In this document: positions 53,465 through 63,511 of the stretch, piece by piece
Layout: the number at the start of each line of letters is the position of its first letter
Position numbering within the stretch: the stretch's first letter is position 1
From: Nannocystales bacterium
Lineage (GTDB): Bacteria; Myxococcota_A; Polyangia; Nannocystales; Nannocystaceae
Length of the DNA: 64,000 bases
NCBI GenBank assembly: GCA_050633305.1
Contig: JBOEGF010000023.1
Location: forward strand, 192,001-256,000
Direction of reading: 5' to 3'
The notes under the pieces: model-generated
The model's database searches: none
What the model saw: only the letters and a program-made list of their open reading frames with translations
What the model was told of the DNA's origin: nothing
Translations under genes and position numbers: made by a program

Positions 53465-53943
53465 CCGGACATCCGCTTGGCGAGCGCGACCATCGGCGAC
53501 CCCGCGCGGATCACCGCACCGTTGAAGCGTTCGAGGGCAGAGGATTGCGCCTCCGAAAGGACGCGTGCGGCACCGATGCGATCGTACGTGTCGTCCTGAG
53601 ACACGATCATCCCTTCGTCGTCGTAGAGCAGGTTGGTCATTCCAGAGAACTGGAATGGCGAGCCATCGCGCCGGAGCTTCGGCAGTCGGTTGAACCATTG
53701 CGTCACGACCCGGCCTTCACCGACCACGACCCACTGAATCGGAAACGTCCACTCGTCGAGGCCGCGCATGCTGACCCGAAGGAACTCGCGGATCGCTTCA
53801 CGTCCCTCGATGCGACCGAAGAATGGCTCTTCGTAGGTCCCGTCTTCGCGGAACAAGTCGGCCAAGTCAGTCCAGCGCCGCCCCTCGTGCAGAGCCTGAT
53901 GCCGCGCATAGGCGGTCGCGGTTTCTTCACGGGACAACGTCAT
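53455..53943 (-). CDS. NTF2/SnoaL-like protein
   Basis: WTDLADLFREDGTYEEPFFGRIEGREAIR...YDDEGMIVSQDDTYD. Confidence 0.85.
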   Translation of the reverse strand: MTLSREETATAYARHQALHEGRRWTDLADLFREDGTYEEPFFGRIEGREAIREFLRVSMRGLDEWTFPIQWVVVGEGRVVTQWFNRLPKLRRDGSPFQFSGMTNLLYDDEGMIVSQDDTYDRIGAARVLSEAQSSALERFNGAVIRAGSPMVALAKRMSGYG

Positions 53944-54088
53944 GGCGGCACCGGACCACGGGGTGGCGTCCGGATCAACCTCCATGCGCGCGAAGTCGCG
54001 CCCACCGGACACCCACGTGCCCAATCTCGCAGTATCCTACCTTGTCAGACACCTCCCACCCCCCTACTCTTGGTCCGTGGGCAACAAG

Positions 54089-55918
54089 ATGGGTCTAGGG
54101 ATGCGCTGGCTGGGTGCGCTGGCGGTCGCAGCGTCTCTCGGAGTTGCTTGTGACAGCGGTAATGGCGCCGATGAAGACCTTGGCGATGAGCTCGGCGTCG
54201 GCGGAGCCCTGGGGAAAGCCGACGGAGCTGGGCTCGCAGCGCTCCCGGTCGACGGCGACTACGCTGACACCCAAGTCTGGGCGGTCAACAACCAGTGGGA
54301 AGACACCGACACCCCCGCGGCTCGCGCAGCAGGCATGGCTTGGGGTGCGGACAGCGGGCTCAACTGGGATGAAAAGTACGCGCTGTGGGTGGAGTCGCTC
54401 AACACCATCGACGGCCACTACAACGAGTCCTTCGAGATCACCACGCCGTGGGGCAAGACGCTCGAGGCGGCCAAGCTGGACTGCGCCGACGTGGCGCTGA
54501 CCATGCGCGCGTCCTTCGCTGCTTGGTACGAGCTTCCGTTCTTCGTCACCGCCTACGACAACGGGGAGGCCGTCCACTTCGGACACTTCGGCATTCGTAC
54601 CTCCAGCGGCATCTGGAACAACATGCCGCGGTTCTCGCAGTACCAGGACTACAGCGACATGGGCAGCGATGCTCTGGATGACTGGCCTCAGGACAGCACC
54701 CTGCGGAGCCGCGGCGTTCAGAACGGAGACGACCAAGACTTCGTCTTCGAGGGCGCACGTACTGGAGCCTGGCTCGACGAGCTGCACCTCAACAAACGCG
54801 CGGGTCGGTTCATTCGGCTGATGTTGATCTTCACCGGATCACCGCACCTCGCCGACAGCCGCAACACCTTCAACCTCGAGCCCGAGGCGTTGCGCGAAGG
54901 TGACGTCAACCTCCACCGCTGGCAGGCCCAGGGCGTGGGGCACACGATGTTCGTCATCGAGGTGGACAAGCTCGAGGGCGGCAAGACCGACGCCCGTCTG
55001 GTGGAAGGCAACCTGCCGCCAAGCCAGCCCCGACTGCTCGACGCCGTCAGCAGCAAGCTCCGCCTCACCACCAACACCGGCGGTGGCCCCGGCTACGCCG
55101 AGAACAACGGCGGTCTCAAGCGCTTCCGGGTCGCCAAGAACATGGGCGGCTACTGGACCAACACCTGGATGGCCGCGGACGAGGCGTCGTGGATCGACGA
55201 CCGAGACCACGACGCGATGGCTGCTCGCATCGGGACCCTGCAGGGCTTGCTCGGCGAAGTCTCGCCCGAGGAAAAGATGGCCGCGCTGCTCGACATCCTC
55301 GAGTCCAAGCGAGAGCACCTTCGCGACAAGCCTGCGTCGTGCTCGGCCCGCACCAAGCGCGAAGAGGCGTTCCAAGAGATCTACGCGCTGGCCGCCCAAG
55401 AGTTCGACATGAGCCAGGCCGATGTCGACGCGATGTACCGTATCGCCGACGACTACATCTTCGCCGAGCTCGAGTACTCGCAGTCCAAGACCTGCTGTTG
55501 GCTCGGAAGCACCGAGGCGATGTACGAGACCATCATGGCCGTCAACGCCCAGCGCCAAGAAGAGGCCGAGGCGTGCCTCGAGCCGCTCGTGTTCAAGGCC
55601 GTGGACGGGGAGTACGCCGAGTTCCAGGCGTTCGCACCCGAGAGCTGGGTCGCGTACAGCAACGACGAGCACTGCCCCCAAGGCGAGCTTCCGAACCACA
55701 ACGACGTCGAAGCGACCCACGACTGGACCAACTACTGCGAGTGGACCGACGCTGGTGGGGACTCCGGCGGTGATGACAGCGGGGGCGGCGACTCGGGTGG
55801 TACGGACGGAGCCTCATGCAGCGATCGCTGCGGCGGCATGGCTGACAGCTGCTGGTGCGACGACAGCTGTAGCGAGTACGGCGACTGCTGCGACGACTAC
55901 GCCAGCGTCTGCGGCTGA
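54089..55918 (+). CDS. Large lipoprotein with C-terminal somatomedin B-like domain
   Basis: GVAC lipobox, GKADG, LDCAD...GHT, and SCSDRCGG...CWCDDSCSEYGDCCDDYASVC. Confidence 0.88.
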   Translation: MGLGMRWLGALAVAASLGVACDSGNGADEDLGDELGVGGALGKADGAGLAALPVDGDYADTQVWAVNNQWEDTDTPAARAAGMAWGADSGLNWDEKYALWVESLNTIDGHYNESFEITTPWGKTLEAAKLDCADVALTMRASFAAWYELPFFVTAYDNGEAVHFGHFGIRTSSGIWNNMPRFSQYQDYSDMGSDALDDWPQDSTLRSRGVQNGDDQDFVFEGARTGAWLDELHLNKRAGRFIRLMLIFTGSPHLADSRNTFNLEPEALREGDVNLHRWQAQGVGHTMFVIEVDKLEGGKTDARLVEGNLPPSQPRLLDAVSSKLRLTTNTGGGPGYAENNGGLKRFRVAKNMGGYWTNTWMAADEASWIDDRDHDAMAARIGTLQGLLGEVSPEEKMAALLDILESKREHLRDKPASCSARTKREEAFQEIYALAAQEFDMSQADVDAMYRIADDYIFAELEYSQSKTCCWLGSTEAMYETIMAVNAQRQEEAEACLEPLVFKAVDGEYAEFQAFAPESWVAYSNDEHCPQGELPNHNDVEATHDWTNYCEWTDAGGDSGGDDSGGGDSGGTDGASCSDRCGGMADSCWCDDSCSEYGDCCDDYASVCG

Positions 55919-55946
55919 GGCCAACGAGAAGAGCTGCGAGCGACGA

Positions 55947-56459
55947 CTACAGCACGCAGGAGAACTTGCCGGAGACCTCGAGCTGCTCGCCGAGCTCGTT
56001 GCACAACACGAGCTGGAGCGTTCCCCACGTGGCGACCTCTTCACCGCTGATGCCCTCAAAGAAGTCTTCCCCTGCGAAGCGGACCACGGATTCGCCGCAC
56101 TCCAAGCTAGACACGTACGTATCGGGCCCCCCCCACGATGCGGTGATCTGCCCCGCGTTCGAGCTGTACTGCTCGATGTCTCGGCCCACGACGGAGACCT
56201 CGAAGAAGCCGACGCTCACCCGAAAGCGAACGCCTGCAGCCTCGGTCGTCGGCCCATGCCTGCAGAGGCCCTCATCGTCGTAGGCGTCGCCGTCGATCAC
56301 AACGTCGATGCGCGCCGAGTCGAGCGGATCGAGTTGCGGGAATTCGTCGGGAATGTCGGGTGTGTCACTCAAGCTGGACACTTCGCCCAAGCCGCAGCCC
56401 GCCACTGCGATGCTGCCCAGGGCGAGCGGCAAAACGAACGCGAGCGTCCAATCGCTCAT
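55947..56459 (-). CDS. Hypothetical lipoprotein
   Basis: MSDWTLAFVLPLALGSIAVAGC and C-terminal GKFSC. Confidence 0.7.
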   Translation of the reverse strand: MSDWTLAFVLPLALGSIAVAGCGLGEVSSLSDTPDIPDEFPQLDPLDSARIDVVIDGDAYDDEGLCRHGPTTEAAGVRFRVSVGFFEVSVVGRDIEQYSSNAGQITASWGGPDTYVSSLECGESVVRFAGEDFFEGISGEEVATWGTLQLVLCNELGEQLEVSGKFSCVL

Positions 56460-56570
56460 GGACCCCTGCGCGGCTCGAACAGACCTCTTCACGCAGCGGT
56501 TGTGTAGCGCCATACGCCGCTGACCGCCAGCCTACTGCGAAGCGCCCCGCAGCCTGGTACCCATGGACCG

Positions 56571-57068
56571 GTGCCTCTGGCCTCTCGCATGTTGCTCGCG
56601 CTGTTTGGGAGTGTGCTCGCGTGCTCGCTTCCCATCGAGGAGAAGTCTGCGTGCGACGATGGCTTCGACTGTCTCGACGGGCGAGCCTGCGTGCAAGGTC
56701 AGTGCATGGACAGCGCCTGTGAACTGGCCTGCGATGCACTGTGCGCTGCAAGGAACAGTTGCACCTCGAGCCCTCCGTGCACGGCGAGCTGCGCCCCTGA
56801 GCTCAGCGATGACCTCGGGCTGAGTCCAGTCCAGTGCAGCCTCCAATACGACCTCCTGGAGGGTGGCTCTTGCGAAGCGGAGAGCTGCTTCGACGGATGC
56901 CTCGAGACTTGCAACCTTGGACTCGCGTGCGCGTTGATCGATGATGCTGCGACCTGCACGGTGCAATGCCAACGGGAACCGACGTGCGCAGGGCTCGCCT
57001 CGGCGTGCAACGAACTCGACGCGGCGGGACTATCCTGCTGGGCCCGCGGTGAGCTTCGCGGTTGTTGA
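56571..57068 (+). CDS. Small Cys-rich lipoprotein
   Basis: VLAC lipobox and very high Cys content. Confidence 0.7.
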   Translation: MPLASRMLLALFGSVLACSLPIEEKSACDDGFDCLDGRACVQGQCMDSACELACDALCAARNSCTSSPPCTASCAPELSDDLGLSPVQCSLQYDLLEGGSCEAESCFDGCLETCNLGLACALIDDAATCTVQCQREPTCAGLASACNELDAAGLSCWARGELRGC

Positions 57069-58646
57069 CGAGGGCTTGCGACGAGCGTTGGCGCGGCGCA
57101 GGAGGAGCCCTCCCAACACCCCCGTCACCCCGCTGAGCACGGCCATCGCGACGGCTGCCGTGGCACGCTGACGGTGAGGTTGTACGTAGCGGGCAGCATC
57201 TCGCTCGGCCGACGCGGCCATAAACCTCGAGCGAAGCACCCCCGCGCTGATTCCGGTGCCGAGGGCCACCGCACCGGAGACCGCGGCGACGGTGACCAGC
57301 CCGATACCGCCGCGGCGCGCTCGCTGCGACCGATCCGAGGCCGGGCCGTCGTCGGTCGGAGAGGCCGGAAGATGTGTCGGCGGTGGAACCGTTGGGGGGA
57401 CGACAGTTGTTTGGAGCCGGGGCGCAGCCACCGGGAGACCACCAACACTGTCGACGTAGCCACGGTAGTAGTCGTAGGTGTAGGGCTCGGCGAACAGCTC
57501 CCGTCGAAAGGACGAGGACGTACTCCCCCGCGCAGCGTCCACCACCGCGCCAGCCTGCAAACGGTCGAACGCGACGCTCTCCCCAGCGCGAAGGATCATC
57601 GGGTACTCCACGTTTCCTGCGCGCAGATACAGCTCGCCCGCAGGGAGCGACAGCGTCACTCGACCTCCCACGTGCGCATCGAGGTGCCGGCGGCCGTTCG
57701 CAAGCTCGATGTGGAAGTGCCCGAGAGAGGAGAGATCACCGTGGAGCATCGCGGCCCCGGTCATCGAACGAAGGTCGACGAGAGATTCGTGGGGGTCGAG
57801 CGCAGGGGGATGGACGACGACACTCGGCTTGGCCCGCGGATCCTCGACGGCGCGGTTGGCCGACGCGACGAACGATTCCAGCTCGCTGTACTCGATGCGC
57901 TGGTCTTCATTGATATCTGCGGCGCCGGACAGACCGGAGAGCACCTCATGGCTGAACACGCCGGACTCGATCACCGACCACTCATGGGACGACTCTCCGG
58001 CACTGCTGGAGGCCAAAACCCCGACATGGGGAAAACGCGCCAGCGTCCGCTCCTTGGCCCAGCGCTCCTCGTCCTCGGTGGTGACCTTGGAGGTTGCACC
58101 ATCGATCTCCTTGCCAAAGCGGTCCCCCCGAATCCCGACCACCCCGGCAGCGTGACAGGCGTCGATGATGAGGTGCACACGATCCGCGGGGAGGTCGGCC
58201 AGCAGCTCATCAAACAAAACGTCTCGGGTGAGCGGTCCGTCCAGCAACGAGAGAAACGGCGCCCCCGATTCATCGACCGCACCGTGGCCCGCGAACACGA
58301 GGTAGACGCTGAGTTCTTCGTCGTCCCCCAGGGCTGCAAGGGCCTTGCGCAACGCCGCTAGCGTGGGCGGACCATCGACGGTCGCATCCTTCACACGTCC
58401 ACGCGTCTGGCGGTCGTACACCGTGAGCAGGACGGTCTCGTCCGCAAATCGGCGCAGGAGGTCTGCGTATCGGTGCGCGTCGTCGTCGGCGTAGCGGAGT
58501 GTCGTGAGTCCATCCCCAGCGGCTCCGGGCGGCGGTTCATTGTTGCCCACGACGACGGCGACCGTTTTCTTCGCGGTCGCGACCCCCGGGAATGCGCAGG
58601 CCAGCGCGATCAGTCCGGCGCTCAGTCTACGACCCGGCGACCTCAT
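57030..58646 (-). CDS. Caspase-family (C14-like) protein with signal peptide and C-terminal TMs
   Basis: VVVGNN, LRYADDDA, FAGHG, IIDACHA, ESHEW...GVFSH...GAADINED. Confidence 0.9.
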   Translation of the reverse strand: MRSPGRRLSAGLIALACAFPGVATAKKTVAVVVGNNEPPPGAAGDGLTTLRYADDDAHRYADLLRRFADETVLLTVYDRQTRGRVKDATVDGPPTLAALRKALAALGDDEELSVYLVFAGHGAVDESGAPFLSLLDGPLTRDVLFDELLADLPADRVHLIIDACHAAGVVGIRGDRFGKEIDGATSKVTTEDEERWAKERTLARFPHVGVLASSSAGESSHEWSVIESGVFSHEVLSGLSGAADINEDQRIEYSELESFVASANRAVEDPRAKPSVVVHPPALDPHESLVDLRSMTGAAMLHGDLSSLGHFHIELANGRRHLDAHVGGRVTLSLPAGELYLRAGNVEYPMILRAGESVAFDRLQAGAVVDAARGSTSSSFRRELFAEPYTYDYYRGYVDSVGGLPVAAPRLQTTVVPPTVPPPTHLPASPTDDGPASDRSQRARRGGIGLVTVAAVSGAVALGTGISAGVLRSRFMAASAERDAARYVQPHRQRATAAVAMAVLSGVTGVLGGLLLRRANARRKPSSTTAKLTAGPAG

Positions 58647-59275
58647 CGAGACTCCTCGACCACCAAGACTCGCTCGACGATCGCCACCGAGTCGGAGCGT
58701 TCTTGATAGGCCGACCGGAGCGCCTCTCGGCTCAGGGGCGTCTTCGAGAACACGGCCACGACGTCGTAGCGCCCTGCTCGGTGCGCCGCGTCCAGCTCGA
58801 TGCGAAACGGGAGGAGGCCGGTGGCGCCGCTGGGCAACGCCGTGCTCCTTCCTGCGGCATCGCCCGGCGCGTACCAGATCGCCGTCCCGTCTTCGCGGAA
58901 CGAAAACACGGCGACATGCGAGTACGCATCGGCATCCGCGACTTCCAAGGTCACATGACCGCCCGCGGTGCAGGTGGGCTCGCACGCGAGTTGGAGCTGA
59001 GGACCCTGCGCTCCTCCTCTCGCGGTGAACGGATCGACCTCCGGCGGCCTGGGTTCGTCAGGCAGGATCACAAGCACCACGGCCGCGACCGCCACCGCCA
59101 CCAAGATCCCACCAGGCCACCACCACTTCTGTTTCGACGGCGCCGCTTCGACCGCGGTGGCTTGGAGCACGTTCGCGACGATGGACTCGTGCTCGGGCCG
59201 GCTCAGTCGGGCCCGACCCGACAGCAAGCGGCCGATCGCCCGGTCCGACTCTCGTCCGTCCTCGGGCTCCATCAC
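58643..59275 (-). CDS. Putative anti-sigma factor (single TM, DUF4384-like periplasmic domain)
   Basis: One TM followed by FTARGG. Coupled between the sigma and caspase genes. Confidence 0.8.
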   Translation of the reverse strand: MMEPEDGRESDRAIGRLLSGRARLSRPEHESIVANVLQATAVEAAPSKQKWWWPGGILVAVAVAAVVLVILPDEPRPPEVDPFTARGGAQGPQLQLACEPTCTAGGHVTLEVADADAYSHVAVFSFREDGTAIWYAPGDAAGRSTALPSGATGLLPFRIELDAAHRAGRYDVVAVFSKTPLSREALRSAYQERSDSVAIVERVLVVEESR

Positions 59276-59919
59276 GACCTCGTCGCCTCCGAATTCGAGC
59301 TCGACTCGGGTGCACCGACGCCCTCGGGGAGGGTCGGCTCCAGACCGCGCCCTGAGAGGAACTCGCGCAGCCCAGCACGCACGCGCTTGTCAAGAGTTCG
59401 GACCCTGCGACGAGTAAGGTTCATGGCGCGCGCGACGTCTTCTTGAGATCGCTCCTGCTCGAATCTCAACTCTACGAACCGGCGCTGCTCGGGGTCTAGC
59501 GTCTCGACGAACTGTGCCGTGGCGGCCTGCAGCTCCGCGTCGAGCAGGGTCTCCTCCACGCCGGCCGCGTCATCCGCCACGAAATCGAGCATCTCGGCCT
59601 CGGCCTGGGGCAGGCCTCGACGGCGCGCGCGATCGATGAGGAGGTTGCGAGCGATGGTTTGAAGCCAGGTTCCGAACGGGCGAATGCCGTCGTAGCTCGA
59701 CCGCGACGAGGCAGAGAACGCTCGGATGAAGACGTCCTGCAACACGTCGCGGACATCCGGATCGGTCAGCGGGCGAATCCGAGTTCCTCCGCGCGACAAG
59801 CCCGCACGCAACCGGAGCTCGAGCGCAGTTGCGTGTTCAAAGTAGACGCGTTCGAGCGCGCTCGGGTCACCCTGGCGAAACGCCGCGAGCAACTCGCGAT
59901 CTTTGGAGAGGTCCGTCAA
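59272..59919 (-). CDS. ECF sigma factor
   Basis: LLAAFRQGD, DVLQDVFIRAF...YDGIRPF..WL..IARNLLID, and a region 4 HTH. Confidence 0.92.
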   Translation of the reverse strand: MTDLSKDRELLAAFRQGDPSALERVYFEHATALELRLRAGLSRGGTRIRPLTDPDVRDVLQDVFIRAFSASSRSSYDGIRPFGTWLQTIARNLLIDRARRRGLPQAEAEMLDFVADDAAGVEETLLDAELQAATAQFVETLDPEQRRFVELRFEQERSQEDVARAMNLTRRRVRTLDKRVRAGLREFLSGRGLEPTLPEGVGAPESSSNSEATRS

Positions 59920-60153
59920 GAGCCCGAGGCCTGCTCGGCAGTCTCAAACGCCCGCGGGGTGCTGTCGACTTTTTTTTGGCGAAAGCGGCCGAAGTTCGAC
60001 ACGGGCACGTACGTCCCCCAGCACCCGTCGTTCACCCGCGGTGCCCACGATCGCTGGGCACTCAGTACGACGTGGATTTTCTGAAGCCAGCACCGGCCGA
60101 GCCGCGACGCCCCTGCGTAGGAGCGTCCGCGTCCCCGTACGAAGCCGTCCACG

Positions 60154-60828
60154 ATGCCATCCCCCCACGCGTCTATCTGTTGTCTCGTCCTCCTGTCCGC
60201 CCTCATCAGCACCGGCTGCACCCCGTCCGAGTCGAGTCGCGGGAAGACCATGCCGCAGACGATGTTCCACCCCTCGTGCGAAGAGCCCCTCGCGAGCACC
60301 GCCGTCACTTGCGAGAATCTCTGCGACAAGCTTTCGCTGTGCACGGCAGGCCTGTGCGCGGAGCAAACGGGTATCGCCGAGACCTGTGACAGCTCCGTTG
60401 CCGCGTCGATCAAGGCTTCATGCCTGCTCACGTGCGACGAGAGCAGCCTTCAGCAACAGACCGACGAGGCGCAGTGCCTGTTCGAAAACACCTGCGCCGA
60501 CGTGTTCTTGGAGCAGGTGTGCGGTCCCGAGAACACGATCAACTGCGCCGGTCTTCCGCCCCCGTCTTCGGGGACTTCCCAGGGGGAAACGGGTCAGTCC
60601 ACCACCTGTCCCTTCGAAGACGACGGAAAGTGCGATGAGCCGCAGGGAACCGGTCTGTGTCCGCAGGACTCGGACCCCTCGGATTGCGATGAACTCGGCA
60701 CGAGCAGCTCGACATCTGGCGGCTCGAGCTCATCCGGAGACTATGGAGGAAGCTCCTCGGGCTCAACAGGATGGTTCGGGTCCAGCGGCTCGAGCGGTTC
60801 CACGGGGGGGTCGAGCACCAGCTTCTGA
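60154..60828 (+). CDS. Cys-rich lipoprotein with Ser/Gly tail
   Basis: ISTGC lipobox and CPFEDDGKCDEPQGTGLCP..SDP.DC module. Confidence 0.8.
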   Translation: MPSPHASICCLVLLSALISTGCTPSESSRGKTMPQTMFHPSCEEPLASTAVTCENLCDKLSLCTAGLCAEQTGIAETCDSSVAASIKASCLLTCDESSLQQQTDEAQCLFENTCADVFLEQVCGPENTINCAGLPPPSSGTSQGETGQSTTCPFEDDGKCDEPQGTGLCPQDSDPSDCDELGTSSSTSGGSSSSGDYGGSSSGSTGWFGSSGSSGSTGGSSTSF

Positions 60829-60867
60829 TCCCCAGCGCTCCGGGCAGCGTGCTACCGTCGTTTTTCG

Positions 60868-62013
60868 ATGACGGTGGTTTCGCTGCAGATTGGTTCTTCG
60901 ATGGCGACGCTCGACGCCAACACCCCCCGACACATCATCGGGCGCGACGAGCAGGGCTCCTCGATCTGTGCTCAGCACGCGACCGTTTCCCGACGGCACT
61001 GCGAGGTCTACCTGGAGAACGGGGTCGCCTTGATCCGTGACATGGGATCGAGCAACGGGACGTGGATCAACGGACATCCCGTTGGACAACAGCCGGTTCA
61101 GCTAGCGCCCGGCCAGCAAGTCTTCGTCGGACACATGCCGCTGGCCGTTGCCTGGACGGGTGGAGCCCAACAAGGCGCGACGGTCATGGGAGAGCTTCCC
61201 GCAGATCTCAAGGCCCTGATCGAAGCACGCAAACAACAGGCGGCCGTGTCGTACAGCACGCCTCCAGTGGTCGCCTCCGCTCAACCCGCGGGGACCGATA
61301 CGGCGATGACGTACCGCCGACAGGGGTCCAACGACAACGGCGTGTTCATGATCGCCCTCCCCGGCGACGATTTCAGCAACGACAGCACGATCAAAGGTTT
61401 CGCCGAGTTCACGGCCACCGACAACGAGACCATCGACGAGATCACCATCGAGCTTGTCGAAGTGCACCGCAAGGGGGCCAAGAAGGGTCATGTCTGGGAC
61501 CGGGTCCTGGTGAAAAAGGGCCCGTGGAAGGCCAAGAAGAACGACCGCGTCCCCATGCCGTTCGAGCTGCGGATTCCCCAGTCCACGTCGATCTCGAGCA
61601 AGGACGTGCACTGGGAGATTCGAGGCTGCGTCGACATCGCATGGGCATACGACGTCGAGGTCGAAGTCCCGATCAACATGCACAACATCGACGTCGAGAA
61701 GATCCGCGACGCGATGGGAGCCCTCGATCTCCGTGTCGACACGCTGGAGAGCAAGCCTCTGGGGCAGGAGTTCAAGGCCAGGTTCGAGCCCCCCGCGCAG
61801 TGGCGGACGCAGTGGAACATCGACTGCGTCAACCTCCACATGCAGTACCTCGGCACCAACTTTCAGATCATGCTCGAGGTCGACAAGAAGGGCGCCTTCT
61901 CCAAGGACCGCCGCACGCAGTACAACGTCGAACTCGCCACCCTGCGGCAGGCATCGCTGCAGCAGGTCGGCGAGCAACTGTTGTCGCTCATTCAGCGAAT
62001 GCTGAGCCTGTAG
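60868..62013 (+). CDS. FHA domain plus Spo0M-like (arrestin-fold) protein
   Basis: IGR...VSRRH...DMGSSNGTWING (FHA), then PFELRIPQSTSIS...WEIRGCVDIAWAYD...GQEF (Spo0M-like). Confidence 0.85.
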   Translation: MTVVSLQIGSSMATLDANTPRHIIGRDEQGSSICAQHATVSRRHCEVYLENGVALIRDMGSSNGTWINGHPVGQQPVQLAPGQQVFVGHMPLAVAWTGGAQQGATVMGELPADLKALIEARKQQAAVSYSTPPVVASAQPAGTDTAMTYRRQGSNDNGVFMIALPGDDFSNDSTIKGFAEFTATDNETIDEITIELVEVHRKGAKKGHVWDRVLVKKGPWKAKKNDRVPMPFELRIPQSTSISSKDVHWEIRGCVDIAWAYDVEVEVPINMHNIDVEKIRDAMGALDLRVDTLESKPLGQEFKARFEPPAQWRTQWNIDCVNLHMQYLGTNFQIMLEVDKKGAFSKDRRTQYNVELATLRQASLQQVGEQLLSLIQRMLSL

Positions 62014-62025
62014 GCGAGCGGAGAG

Positions 62026-62922
62026 CTACTGGCAAAGACAGTCGGGAGCATCGACCAGCTCTCGACTCGTCTCGGTCCCCGAGTAGGACCACGAGTTGGT
62101 CGACATGTTGTCCATCGCGACCACCAGCTCCGCCATCGTGAACGCGCTGAAGTCGTCTTCGAAGACGAAGTCCGTGACCGGTTGATCGGTGGTCCCGCCC
62201 ATGTCGACAGGCTCCCCGTTGGGCAACCCACCGAGCGAACACAGGAGCCCCTCGCACAGGACCTCTCCGGTGGTCGTGTAGTCGGCGATCAACGGGGGTG
62301 CCCACGCCACCGTGTCCGCGTTGAGCAACCCCTGGGTGATGCCACACTCTTCGGGGCCCGCTTGTCCCTGGATGTCGGTGGTCACGGTGACGGTGCCACC
62401 CACCACGAAGTTCAGCACCATCTCGTAGGTGTGCATCGTCGCGAGGCCGCCGGGAGCACCGTCAACGTCCTCGAAGCGCAGGACGAACGTGCCAGGCCCG
62501 ATGTTTCCACCCGCATCGTAGGGCTCCTGAAGGACGTTGACCTGGTCACCGGCACCACCCCCTGCCGTCCCGCTGATCTCGAACTCGCTGCCTGCAAGGT
62601 CGTAGGTGATCTCCCAAACCTGGCACGCACCCGCGCTCGTCCCTCCGGTGGTTTCACTCCCGGTCTCGGACGGGTCGCCACTGCTGCTGCTGCTGCTGCT
62701 GTCGGCCGACACCGGGCCCGGATCCGTCGTCGAGGTCGAAGCCGGCGTGGTCGGGTCGGTCGAGGAGCTCGACGTGTTTTGTGGGTCCGTGGTCCCGCCT
62801 GTACCCATGCTGCTGGCCTCGGTGGCCCCCTCGGTGTCGCTCGCCTCGGAATCGTCCCCGCACCCGATCGTGCAGGCGGCAAGGGAGGCGGCGAGGGTCA
62901 AGCGCAGGGGCAAGTTTTGCAT
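62026..62922 (-). CDS. Hypothetical lipoprotein with S/T linker
   Basis: MQNLPLRLTLAASLAACTIGC lipobox. Confidence 0.82.
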   Translation of the reverse strand: MQNLPLRLTLAASLAACTIGCGDDSEASDTEGATEASSMGTGGTTDPQNTSSSSTDPTTPASTSTTDPGPVSADSSSSSSSGDPSETGSETTGGTSAGACQVWEITYDLAGSEFEISGTAGGGAGDQVNVLQEPYDAGGNIGPGTFVLRFEDVDGAPGGLATMHTYEMVLNFVVGGTVTVTTDIQGQAGPEECGITQGLLNADTVAWAPPLIADYTTTGEVLCEGLLCSLGGLPNGEPVDMGGTTDQPVTDFVFEDDFSAFTMAELVVAMDNMSTNSWSYSGTETSRELVDAPDCLCQ

Positions 62923-63024
62923 CTGCCGACCATAGTCCACCGGCCCAAGCAGCCACAAGCGGGCCCTGACACACCGCCGTTGGACCTTGGTCGCATCCGG
63001 GCCCGAGTGGACGAACTCGATCCG

Positions 63025-63501
63025 CTAGCGCGACACGCTCTGTTTCGGACGTAGAAAGCCAACCTCTCCGCACCCGTTGATCTCCGACGCGTCGGATGCT
63101 GCGAGCAGACAGGACACGACTCGTTCGCGATCTGGCGAGTCCCGCAGCTCGTCGACGCACGCGGGCACCAAGCGGCGAGCCAGCACGCTCATCTCACCGC
63201 GAACCTCGGCGAGGTCGGCATCCCGCTCCTCTCTCCAGCCGCTCACCAGGACGTCGATCGCCCTGTCGGCTTGTGCCGGCTCCAATCGCACGCGCAGCGC
63301 ACTCTCGGCCTCGGCGAGATTGTGCTCGGCATCCCAACGCTCAGCCGCCACTGTCTCCCCAACCTCGGCGAGATGAGCCGCGACCGCGTCACAGTCGGCC
63401 CGGAGGTTGCGACCGGGTGGTCTGCACCCGCTCGCTTGAGCCGCCGCCCCGCTGGCCAGCAGCACGAACCCGGCGGAAAAGAAGAGCTCCGCTCGGGCCA
63501 T
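63025..63501 (-). CDS. Hypothetical exported helical protein
   Basis: Signal-like N-terminus and CDAVAAHL...C...SCLLAASD...NGC. Confidence 0.7.
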   Translation of the reverse strand: MARAELFFSAGFVLLASGAAAQASGCRPPGRNLRADCDAVAAHLAEVGETVAAERWDAEHNLAEAESALRVRLEPAQADRAIDVLVSGWREERDADLAEVRGEMSVLARRLVPACVDELRDSPDRERVVSCLLAASDASEINGCGEVGFLRPKQSVSR

Positions 63502-63511
63502 GGATCCGGTC

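Noticed and set aside
60730..60760. DYG in the tail of the 60154 lipoprotein as a second splicease substrate
   Set aside because: No CPFC leader, 10 kb away, and YG occurs often by chance.
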